From the human T2T-CHM13v2.0 reference genome, Homo sapiens, in the NCBI RefSeq assembly GCF_009914755.1, contig NC_060933.1: DNA of 64,000 nt; one strand, 5' to 3'. Every line of letters begins with the position of its first letter. The stretch's first letter is position 1. Shown here piece after piece: positions 43,701 through 56,800 of this stretch. Below the pieces are notes generated by a model that was not told where the DNA came from, searched no databases, and worked only from the letters and a program-made list of their open reading frames with translations. A program made the translations under genes and the position numbers.

Positions 43701-46277
43701 ATGTAATGGAATGGAATGGAACGGAATGGAATTGAATGGAATGGAATGCAATGCAATGGAATGGAATCAACCCGAGTGCAATGGAATGGAGAGGAATGGA
43801 ATGGAATGGAATGGAAACTACCCGAATGGAATGGAATGTAATGGAGTGTAAGGGAATTGAATAGAATAAATTCGAATGTAATGGAATGGAATGGAACGGA
43901 ATGGAATGGAATGGAATGGAATGCAATGGAATGGAATCAACCCGAGTGCAATCGAATGGAATCAAATGGAATGGAATGCAATGGAATGGAATCAACTTGA
44001 ATGGAATGGAAAAAATGGAATCAACACGAGTGGAATGGCATGGATTGGAATGGAATGGAATGGAATCAACCCGAGTACAGGGGAATGGAATGGAATGGAA
44101 TGCAATGGAATGGAATCATCCGTAATGGAATGGAAAGGAATGGAATGGAATGGAATGGAATGGAATGGAATGGAATGGAATGGAATCAACTCGATTGCAA
44201 TCGAATGGAATGGAATGGAATTAACCCGAAAAGAATGGAATGGAATGGAATGGAACGGAACGGAACGGAATGGAATGGAATGGAACGGAAAGGAATGGAA
44301 TGGAATGGAATGGAATGGAATGGAATGGAATCAAAGCGAGTGCAGGGGAATGGAATGGAATGGAATGCAATGGAATGTAAACTTCCGGAATGGAATGGAA
44401 TGGAATGGAATGGAATTAAATGCAATGGATTCAACTCGATTGCAATGGAAAGGAATAGAATGGAATGGAATGGAATGGAATGGAATTAATCCGAATAGAA
44501 TGGAATGGAATGGAATGGAAAGGAATGGAACGGAATGGAAAGGAATGGAATGGAATGGAATGGAATGGAATGCAATGGAATGGAATCAACCCGAGTACAA
44601 TGGAATGGAATGGAATGGAATGGAATGGTATGGAATAAACCCGAGTGCAATAGAATGGAGTGGAATGGAATGGAATGGAATGGAACAACCCGAATGGAAT
44701 GGAATGGAATGGAGAGTAAGGGAGTTGAATAGAATCAATCCGAATATAATGGAATGGAATGGAACGGAATTGAATGGAATGGAATGGAATGGAATGCAAT
44801 GGAATGGAATCAACCCGAGTTCAATGAAATGGAGAGGAATGGAATGGAATGGAATGGAAACTACCCGAATGCAATGGAATGTAATGGAGTGTAAGGGAAT
44901 TGAATAGAATCAATCCGAATGTAATGGAATGGAATGGAACGGAATGGAATGGAATGGAATGGAATGGAATGGAATGGAATGCAATGGAATGGAATCAACC
45001 CGAGTGCAATCGAATGGAATCGAATGGAATGGAATGCAATGGAATGGATTCAACTTGAATGGAATGGAAAGAATGGAATCAACACGAGTGGAATGACATG
45101 GATTGGAATGGAATGGAATGGAATCAACCCGAGTACAGGGGAATGGAATGGAATGGAATGCAATGGAATGGAATCATCCGTAATGGAATGGAATGGAATG
45201 GAATGGAATGGAATGGAATGGAATGGAATCAACTCGATTGCAATCGAATGGAATGGAATGGAATTAACCCGAATAGAATGGAATGGAATGCAATGGAACG
45301 GAACGGAATGGAATGGAATGTAATGGAATGGAAAGGAAAGGAAGGGAATGGAATGGAATAGAATGGAATGGAATGGAATCAACGCGAGTGCAGGGGAATG
45401 GAATGGAATGGAATGCAATGGAATGGAATCTTCCGGAATGGAATGGAATGGAATGGAATGGAATGGAATGGAATGGAATCAACCCGAGTGCAATGGAATG
45501 GAGTGGAATGGAATGGAATGGAATGGAACAACCCGAATGGAATGGAATGTAATGGAGAGTAAGGGAGTTGAATAGAATCAATCCGAATGTAATGGAATGG
45601 AATGGAACGTAATGGAATTGAATGGAATGGAATGGAATGCAATGGAATGGAATCAACCCGAGTGCAATGGAATCGAGAGGAATGGAATGGAATGCAATGG
45701 ATACTACCCGAATGGAATGGAATGTAATGGAGTGTAAGGGAATTGAATAGAATCAATGCGAATGTAATGGAATGGAATGGAACGGAATGGAATGGAATGG
45801 AATGGAATGGAATGGAATGGAATGGAATGCAATGGAATGGAATCAACCCGAGTGCAATCGAAAGGAATCGAATGGAATGGAATGCAATGGAATGGAATCA
45901 ACTTGAATGGAATGGAAAGAATGGAATCAACACGAGTGGAATGGCATGGATTGGAATGGAATGGAATGGAATCAACCCGAGTACAGGGGAATGGAATGGA
46001 ATGGAATGCAATGGAATGGAATCATCCGTAATGGAATGGAAAGGAATGGAATGGAATGGAATGGAATAGAATGGAATGGAATGGAATGGAATGGAATCAA
46101 CTCGATTGCAATCGAATGGAATGGAATGGAATTAACCCGAATAGAATGGAATGGAATGGAATGGAACGGAACGGAATGGAATGGAATGGAATGGAACGGA
46201 ACGGAATGGAATGGAATGGAATGGAATGGAATCAACTCGAGTGCAGGGGAATGGAATGGAATGGAATGCAATGGAAT

Positions 46278-46292
46278 GGAAACTTCCGGAAT
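46278..46292. promoter_or_regulatory. Composite HSE plus canonical ETS motif (GGAAACTTCCGGAAT; CCGGAAGT on the - strand); motif match only
   Basis: ACTTCCGG at 46282-46289. The same variant occurs at 44381, 48484 and 63370. Confidence 0.4.
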
Positions 46293-47039
46293 GGAATGGA
46301 ATGGAATGGAATGGAATGGAATGAAATGCAATGGATTGAACTCGATTGCAATGGAATGGAATAGAATGGAATGAAATGGAATGGAATGCAATTAATCCGA
46401 ATAGAATGCAATGGAATGGAATGGAACGGAATGGAACGGAATGGAATGGGATGGAATGGAATGGAATGGTATGGAATGGAATGGAATGGTACGGAATAGA
46501 ATGGAATGGAAAGAATTGTAATGGAATGGAATTGAATGGAATGGAATGGAATGGAATGGAATCAACGCGAGTGCAGGGGAATGTAATGGAACGGAATGCA
46601 ATGGAATGGAATCATCCGGAATGGAATGGAATGGAATGGAATCAACCCGAGTGCAATGGAATGGAGTGGAATGGAATGGAATGGAATGGAACAACCCGAA
46701 TGGAATGGAATGTAATGGAGAGTAAGGGAGTTGAATAGAATCAATCCGAATGTAATGGAATGGAATGCAACGGAATGGAATGGAATGGAATGGAATGGAA
46801 TGCAATGGAATGGAATCAACCCGAGTACAATGGAATGGAATGGAATGGAATGGAATGGAATGGAATCGAATGGAATGGAATGATACGGAATAGAATGGAA
46901 TGGAACGAAATGGAATTGAATGGAAAGGAATGGAATGGAATGGAATGGAATCGTTCCGAGTGGAATAGGAGGGAATGTATTCGAGTGGAATGGAAAGGAA
47001 TGGAATCAAACAGAGTGGAATGGAAGGGAATGGAATGGA

Positions 47040-47810
47040 ACGGAAACTAATAGAATGGAATCAACCCGAGTGGAATGGAATGGGAAGGACTGGAATGGAA
47101 TGGAATGGAATGGAATCAACTCGTTTGTAATGGAATGGAATGGAATGCAATGGAATGGAATGGAATGGAATTAACCCGAATACAATGGAAGGGAATGGAA
47201 TGGAATGGAAACTAATAGAATGGAATCAACCCGAGTGGAATGGAATGGAAAGGACTGGAATGGAATGGAATGGAATGGAATCAATTCGATTGTAATGGAA
47301 TGGAATGGAATGGAATGGAATGGAATGGAATGGAATTAACCCGAATACAATAGAATGGAATGGAATGCAATGGAATGGAGTGGAATAGAATGGAATCAAC
47401 CCTAGTGCAGGGGAATGGAATGCAATGGAATCCAATGGAATGGAATCATCCGGAATGGAATCGAATGGAATGGAATGCAAAGCAATGGAATCAACTCGAT
47501 TGCAATGGAATGGAATGGAATGGAAAGGAATACATTGGAATGAACCCGAGTGGAATGGAATGGAATGCCAAGCAATGGAATCAACTCGATTGCAATGGAA
47601 TGGAATGGAATGGAAAGGAATACATTGGAATCAACCCGAGTGGAATGGAATGGAAAGGACTGGAATGGAGTGGAATGGAATGGAATGCAATGGAATGGAA
47701 TGGAATGGAATCAACTTGATTGGAATGGAATGGAATGGAATGGAATGGAATGGAATGGGATCAACTTGATTGGAATGGAATGGAATGGAATGGAATGGAA
47801 TGGAATGGAA
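47040..47810 (+). repeat. Three consecutive local tandem duplications (~165, 90 and 50 bp)
   Basis: ACTAATAGAA at 47046/47211; AGCAATGGAATCAACTCGAT...TACATTGG at 47481/47571; TCAACTTGATTGG at 47711/47761. Confidence 0.85.
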
Positions 47811-50800
47811 TCAACCCGACTGCAGGGGAATGGAATGGAATGGAATGCAATGGAATGGATTCAACTTGAATGGAATGGAAAGAATGGAATCAACACGAGT
47901 GGAATGGCATGGATTGGAATGGAATGGAATGGAATCAACCCGAGTACAGGGGAATGGAATGGAATGCAATGCAATGGAATGGAATCATCCGTAATGGAAT
48001 GGAAAGGAATGGAATGGAATGGAAAGGAATGGAATGGAATGGAATGGAATGGAATGGAATCAACTCGATTGCAATCGAATGGAATGGAATGGAATTAACC
48101 CGAATAGAATGGAATGGAATGGAATGGAACGGAACGGAATGGAATGGAATGGAATGGAATGGAACGGAACGGAACGGAATGGAATGGAATGGAATGGAAT
48201 GGAATCAACGCGAGTGCAGGGGAATGGAATGGAATGGAATGCAATGGAATGGAATCTTCCGGAATGGAATGGAATGGAATGGAATGGAATGGAATGGTAT
48301 GGAATAAACCCGAGTGCAATGGAATGGAGTGGAATGGAATGGAATGGAATGGAACAACCCGAATGGAATGGAATGCAATGGAGACTAAGCTAGTTGAATA
48401 GAATCAATCCGAATGTAATGGAATGGAATGGAACGGAAGGGAATTGAATGGAATGGAATGGAATGGAATGCAATGGAATGGAAACTTCCGGAATGGAATG
48501 GAATGGAATGGAATGGAATGAAATGCAATGGATTCAACTCGATTGCAATGGAATGGAATAGAATGGAATGGAATGGAATACAATGGAATGGAATGGAATG
48601 GAATGGAAATAATCCGAATAGAATGGAATGGAATGGAATGGAACGGAATGGAACGGAAAGGAATGGAATGGAACGGAATGGAATGGAATGGAATGGAATG
48701 GTATGGAATGGAATGGAATGGTACGGAATAGAATGGAATGGAACGAATTGTAATGGAATGGAATTGAATGGAATGGAATGGAATGGAATGGAATGGAATC
48801 AACGTGAGTGCAGGGGAATGTAATGGAACGAAATGCAATGGAATGGAATCATCCGGAATGGAATGGAATGCAATGGAATGGAATGGAATCAACCCGAGTG
48901 CAATGGAATGGAGTGGAATGGAATGGAATGGAATGGAAAACCCGAAGGGAATGGAATGTAATGGAGAGTAAGGGAGTTGAATAGAATCAATCCGAACGTA
49001 ATGGAATGGAACGCAACGGAATGGAATGGAATGGAATGGAATGGAATGGAATGGAATGGAATGATACGGAATAGAATGTAATGGAACGAAATGGAATGGA
49101 ATGGAATGGAATGGAATGGAATGGAATGGAATCGTTCCGAGTGGAATAGGAGGGAATGTATTCGAGTGGAATGGAAAGAAATGGAATCAACCAGAGTGGA
49201 ATGGAAGGGAATGGAATGGAATGGAAACTAATAGAATGGAATCAACCCGAGTGGAATGGAATGGAAAGGACTGGAATGGAATGGAATGGAATGGCATCAA
49301 CTCGATTGTAATGGAATGGAATGGAATGGAATGGAATGGAATGGAATGGAATGGAATTAACCCGAATACAATGGAATGGAATGGAATGGAACGGAATGGA
49401 GTGGAATGGAATGGAATCAACCCGAGTGCAGGGGAATGGAATGGAATGGAATGCAATGGAATGGAATCATCCAGAATGGAATGGAATGGAATGGATTGCA
49501 AAGCAATGGAATCAACTCGATTGCAATGGAATGGAATGGAATGGAATGGAATGGAATCAACGCGAGTGCAGGGGAATGGAATGGAATGGAATGCAATGGA
49601 ATGGAATCTTCCGTAATGGAATGGAATTGAATGGAATGGAATGGAATGGAATGGAATAAACCCGAGTGCAATGGAATGGAGTGGAATGGAATGGAATGGA
49701 ATGGAATAACCCGAATGGAATGGAATGTAATGGAGACTAAGGGAGTTGAATAGAATCAATCCGAATGTAATGGAATGGAATGGAACGGAATGGAATTGAA
49801 TGGAATGGAATGGGATGCAATGGAATGGAATCAACCCGAGTGCAATGGAATGGAGAGGAATGGAATGGAATGGAATGGAAACTACCCGAATGGAATGGAA
49901 TGTAATGGAGTGTAAGGGAATTGAATAGAATCAATCCGAATGTAATGGAATGGAATGGAACGGAATGGAATGGAAGGGAATGGAATGGAATGGAATGGAA
50001 TGGAATGGAATGGAATGGAATGCAATGGAATGGAATCAACCCGAGTGCAATCGAATGGAATCGAATGGAATGGAATGCAATGGAATGGATTCAACTTGAA
50101 TGGAATGGAAAGAATGGAATCAACACGAGAGGAAGGGCATGGATTGGAATGCAATGGAATGGAATCAACCCGAGTACAGGGGAATGGAATGGAATGGAAT
50201 GCAATGGAATGGAATCATCCGTAATGGAATGGAAAGGAATGGAATGGAATGGAATGGAATGGAATGGAATGGAATGGAATCAACACGATTGCAATCGAAT
50301 GGAATGGAATGGAATAAACCCGAATAGAATGGAATGGAATGGAATGGAACGGAACGGAATGGAATGCAATGGAATGGAATGGAATGGAATCAAGGCGAGT
50401 GCAGGGGAATGGAATGGAATGGAATGCAATGGAATGGAATCTTCCGGAATGGAATGGAATGGAATGGAATGGAATGAAATGCAATGGATTCAACTCGATT
50501 GCAATGGAATGGAATAGAATGGAATGGAATGGAATGGAATGGAATTAACCCGAATAGAATGGAATGGAATGGAACGGAATGCAACGGAACGGAATGGAAC
50601 GGAATGGAATGGAATGGAATGGAATGGAATGGAATGGTATCGAATGGAATGGAATGGTACGGAATAGAATGGAATGGAACGAATTGTAATGGAATGGAAT
50701 TGAACGGAATGGAATGGAATGGAATGGAATCAACGCGAGTGCAGGGGAATGTAATGGAACGGAATGCAATGGAATGGAATCATCCGGAATGGAATGGAAT

Positions 50801-53800
50801 GGAATGGAAAGGAATGGAATGGAATGGAATCAATCCGAGTGCAATGGAATGGAGTGGAATGGAATGGAATGGAATGGAACAACCCGAATGGAATGGAATG
50901 TAATGGAGAGTAAGGGAGTTGAATAGAATCAATCCGAATGTAATGGAATTGAATGCAAAGGAATGGAATGGAATGGAATGGAATGGAATGCAAAGGAATG
51001 GAATCAACCCGAGTGGAATGGCATGGAATGGAATTCAATGGAATGGAATGGAATGGAATCAACTCTAGTGGAAAGGAATGGAATGGAATGGAAAGGAATG
51101 GAATGAAATCAACTCGAGTGGAATGGAATGGAATGGAATAGATTGGAATGGATTGCAACCGAATGAAATGGAATGGAATGGAATGGAATTAATCATTCCG
51201 AGTGGAATGGAAGGGAATGTAATGGAGTGGAAAGAAGGGAATGGAATCAACCCGATTGGAATGCAAGGCAATGGAATGGAATGGAAAGGAATGGAATGGA
51301 ATCAACTCGATTGCAATGGAATGGAATGGAATGGAATGGAATGGAATGGAATTAACAGGAAGAGAATGGAATGGAATGGAATGGAACGGAATGGAATGGA
51401 ATGGAAGGGAATGGAATCAACACGAGTGCAGGGGAATGGAATGGAATGGAATGCAATGGAATGGAATCATCCGGAATGGAATGGAATGGAATGGAATCAA
51501 CTCCATTGCAATGGAATGGAATAGAATGGAATGGAATAGAATGGAATGGAATTAACCCGAATAGAATGGAATGCAATAGAATGGTATGCAACGGAACCGA
51601 GTGGAGTGGAATGGAATGGAATGGAATCAACCCGAGTACAGGGGAATGGAATGGAATGGAATGCAATGGAATGGAGTCATACGTAATGGAATGGAAAGGA
51701 ATGGAATGGAATGGAATGGAATGGAATGGAATGGAATCAACTCGATGGCAATCGAATGGAATGGAATGGAATTAACCCGAATAGAATGGAATGGAATGGA
51801 ATGGAACGGAACGGAATGGAATGAAATGGAATGGAATGGAATGGAATGGAACGGAACGTAATGGAATGGAATGGAATGGAATGGAATGGAATCAACGCGA
51901 GTGCAGGGGAATGGAATGGAATGAAATGCAATGGAATGGAATCTTCCGGAATGGAATGGAATGGAATAGAATGGAATGAAAGGCAATGTATTCAACTCGA
52001 TTGCAATGTAATGGAATAGAATGGAAGGGAATGGAATGGAATGGAATCGAATTGAATGGAATGGAATGCCTTCAAACCGAATGGAAAGGAAAGGAATGGA
52101 ATCAACACGAGTGGAAAGGAATGGAATGGAAAGGAATGGAATGGAATGGAATGGTACGGAATAGAACGGAATGGAACGAACTGGAATGGAATGGAATGGA
52201 ATGGAATGGAATGGAATGGAATCGTTCCGAGTGGAATAGGAGGGAATGTATTCGAGTGGAATGGAAAGGAATGGAATCAACCAGAGTGGAATGGAAGGGA
52301 ATGGAATGGAATGGAAACTAATAGAATGGAATCAACCCGAGTGGAATGGAATGCAAAGGACTGGAATGGAATGGAATGGAATGGAATGGAAAGGAATCAA
52401 CTCGATTGTAATGGAATGGAATGGAATGGAATGGAATGGAATGGAATGGAATTAACCCGAATACAATGGAATGGAATGGAATGGAACGGAATGGAGTGGA
52501 ATGGAATGGAATCAACCCGCGTGTAATGGAATGGAAAGGACTGGAATGGAGTGGAATGGAATGGAATGCAATGGAATGGAATCAACTAGATTGGAATGGA
52601 ATGGAATGGAATGGAATGCAATGGAATGGAATCTTCCGGAAAGGAATGGAATGGAATGGAATAAACCCGAGTGCAATGGAATGGAGAGGAATGGAATGGA
52701 ATGGAATGGAAACTACCCGAATGGAATGGAATGTAATGGAGTGTAAGGAAATTGAATAGAATCAATCCGAATGTAATGGAATGGAATGGAACGGAATGGA
52801 ATGGAATGGAATGGAATGGAATGGAATGGAATGCAATGGAATGCAATCAACCCGAGTGCAATCGAATGGAATCGAATTGAATGGAATGCAATGGAATGGA
52901 TTCAACTTCAATGGAATGGAAAGAATGGAATCAACACGAGTGGAAGGGCATGGATTGGAATGCAGTGGAATGGAAACAACCCGAGTACAGGGGAATGGAA
53001 TGGAATGGAATGCAATGGAATGGAATCATCCGTAATGGAATGGAAAGGAATGGAATGGAATGGAATGGAATGGAATGGAATGGAATGGAATGGAATGGAA
53101 TCAACACGATTGCAATCGAATGGAATGGAATGGAATTAACCCGAATAGAATGGAATGGAATGGAATGGAACGGAACGGAATGGAATGGAATGGAATGGAA
53201 TGGAATGGAACGGAACGGAACGGAATGGAATGGAATGGAATGGAATGGAATGGAATGGAATGGAATCAACGCGAGTGCAGGGGAATGGAATGGAATGGAA
53301 TGCAATGGAATGGAATCTTCCGGAATGGAATGGAATAGAATGGAATGGAATGGAATGAAATGGAATCAACCCGAGTACAGGGGAATGGAATGGAAGGTAA
53401 TGCAATGGAATGGAATCATCCGTCATGGAATGGAAAGGAATGGAATGGAATGGAATGGAATGGAATGGAATGGAATGGAATCACCTCGATTGCAATCGAA
53501 TGGAATGGAATGGAATTAACCCGAATAGAATGGAATCAAATGGAACGGAACGGAACGGAACGGAATGGAATGGAATGGAATGGAACGGAACGGAACGGAA
53601 TGGAATGGAATGGAATGGAATGGAATGGAATCAACGCGAGTGCAGGGGAATGCAATGGAATGGAAGGCAATGGAATGGAATCTTCCGGAATGGAATGGAA
53701 TGGAATGAAATGGACTCAACTCGATTGCAATGGAATGGAATAGAATGGAATGGAATGGAATGGAATGGAATTAACCCGAATAAAATGGAATGGATTGGAA

Positions 53801-56800
53801 TGGAACGGAACGGAACGGAACGGAATGGAATGGAATGGAGTGGAATGGAATGGAATGGTATGGAATGGAATGGAATGGTACGGAATAGAACGGAATGGAA
53901 CGAACTGGAATGGAATGGAATGGAATGGAATGGAATGGAATGGAATGGAATGGAATCGTTCCGAGTGGAATAGGAGGGAATGTATTCGAGTGGAATGGAA
54001 AGCAATGGAATCAACCAGAGTGGAATGGAAGGGAATGGAATGGAATGGAAACTACTAGAATGGAATCAACCCGAGTGGAATGGAATGGAAAGGACTGGAA
54101 TGGAACGGAATGGAATGGAATCAACTCGATTGTAATGGAATGGAATGGAATGGAATGGAATGGAATGGAATGGAATGGAATGGAATGGAATGGAATTAAC
54201 CCGAATACAATGGAATGGAATGGAATGGAACGGAATGGAGTGGAATGGAAAGGAATCAACCCGAGTGCAGGGGAATGGAATGGAATGGAATGCAATGGAA
54301 TGGAATCATCCGGAATGGAATGGAATGGAAAGGAATGCAAAGCAATGGAATCAACTCGATTGCAATGGAATGGAATGGAATGGAAAGGAATACATTCGAA
54401 TCAACCAGAGTGGAATGGAATGGAAAGGACTGGAATGGAGTGGAATGGAATGGAATGGAATGGAATGGAATCAACTCGATTGGAATGGAATGGAATGGAA
54501 TGGAATGGAATTAACCCGAATAGAATGGAAAGGAATGGAATGGACCGGAACGGAACGGAATGGAATGGAATGGAATGGAATGGAATGGAATGGAATGGAA
54601 ACAACCCGACTGCAGGGGAATGGAATGGAATGGAATGCAATGGAATGGATTCAACTTGAATGGAATGGAAAGAATGGAATCAACACGAGTGGAATGGCAT
54701 GGATTGGAATGGAATGAAATGGAATGAACCCGAGTACAGGGGAATGGAATGGAATGGAATGCAATGGAATGGAATCATCCGTAATGGAATGGAAAGGAAT
54801 GGAATGGAATGGAATGGAATGGAATGGAATGGAATCAACTCGATTGCAATCGAATGGAATGAAATGGAATTAACCCGAATGGAATGGAATGGAATGGAAT
54901 GCAATGGAACGGAACGGAACAGAACGGAATGGAATGGAATGGAATGGAATGCAATGGAATGGAACGGAAAGGAATGGAATGGAATGGAATGGAATGGAAT
55001 GGAATGGAATCAACGCGAGTACAGGGGAATGGAATGGAATGGAATGCAATTGAATGGGATCTTCCGGAATGGAATGGAATGGAATGGAATGGAATGGAAT
55101 GGAATGGAATGGAATGGAATAAACCCGAGTGCAATGGAATGGAGTGCAATGGAATGGAATGGAATGGAACAACCCGAATGGAATGGAATGGAATGGAGAG
55201 TAAGGGAGTTGAATAGAATCAATCCGAATGTAATGGAATGGAATGGAACGGAATGGAATTGAATGGAATGGAATGGAATGTAACGGAATGGAATCAACCC
55301 GAGTGCAATGGAATGGAGAGGAATGGAATGGAATGGAATGGAAACTACCCGAATGGAATGGAATGTAATGGAGTGTAAGGGAATTGAATAGAATCAATCC
55401 GAATGTAATGGAATGGAATGGAATGGAACGGAATGGAATGGAATGGAATGGAATGGAATGGAATGGAATGCAATGGAAGGGAATCAACCCGAGTGCAATC
55501 GAATGGAATCGAATGGAATGGAATGCAATGGAATGGATTCAACTTGAATGGAATGGAAAGAATGGAATCAACACGAGTGGAGGGGCATGGATTGGAATGT
55601 AATGGAATGGAATCAACCCGAGTACAGGGGAATGGAATGGAATGGAATGCAATGGAATGGAATCATCCGTAATGGAATGGAAAGGAATGGAATGGAATGG
55701 AATGGAATGGAATCAACTCGATTGCAATCGAATGGAATGGAATGGAATTAACCCGAATAGAATGGAATGTAATGGAATGGAACGGAACGGAATGGAATGG
55801 AATGGAATGGAATGGAATGGAACGGAACGGAATGGAATGGAATGGAATGGAATGGAATGGAATGGAATCAACGCGAGTGCAGGGGAATGGAATGGAATGG
55901 AATGCAATGGAATGGAATCTTCCGGAATGGAATGGAATGGAATGGAATGGAATGAAATGCAATGGATTCAACTCGATTGCAATGGAATGGAATAGAATGG
56001 AATGGAATGGAATGGAATGGAATGGAATTAATCCGAATAGAATGGAATGCAATGGAATGGAACGGAATGGAACGGAAAGGAATGGAATGGAACGGAATGG
56101 AATGGAATGGAATGGAATGGAATGGTATGGAATGGAATGGAATGGTATGGAATAGAATGGAATGGAACGAATTGTAATGGAATGGAATTGAATGGAATGG
56201 AATGGAATGGAATGGAATGGAATCAACCTGAGTGTAGGGGAATGTAATGGAACGGAATGCAATGGAATGGAATCATCCGGAATGGAACGGAATGGAATGG
56301 AATGGAATGGGATCAACCCGAGTGCAATGGAATGGAGTGGAATGCAATGGAATGGAATGGAACAACCCGAATGGAATGGAATGTAATGGAGAGTAAGGGT
56401 GTTGAATAGAATCAATCCGAACGTAATGGAATGGAATGCAAAGGAATGGAATGGAATGGAATGCAATGGAATGCAATGGAAAGGAATCAACCCGAGTACA
56501 ATGGAATGGAATGGAATGGAATGGAATGGAATGGAATGGAATGATACGGAATAGAATGGAATGGAACGAAATGGAATGGAATGGAATGAAATGGAATGGA
56601 ATGGAATGGAATGGAATCGTTCCGAGTGGAATAGGAGGGAATGTATTCGAGTGGAATGGAAAGGAATGGAATCAACCAGAGTGGAATGGAAGGGAATGGA
56701 ATGGAATGGAAACTAATAGAATGGAATCAACCCGAGTGGAATGGAATGGAAAGGACTGGAATGGAATGGAATGGAATGGAATCAACTAGATTGTAATGGA

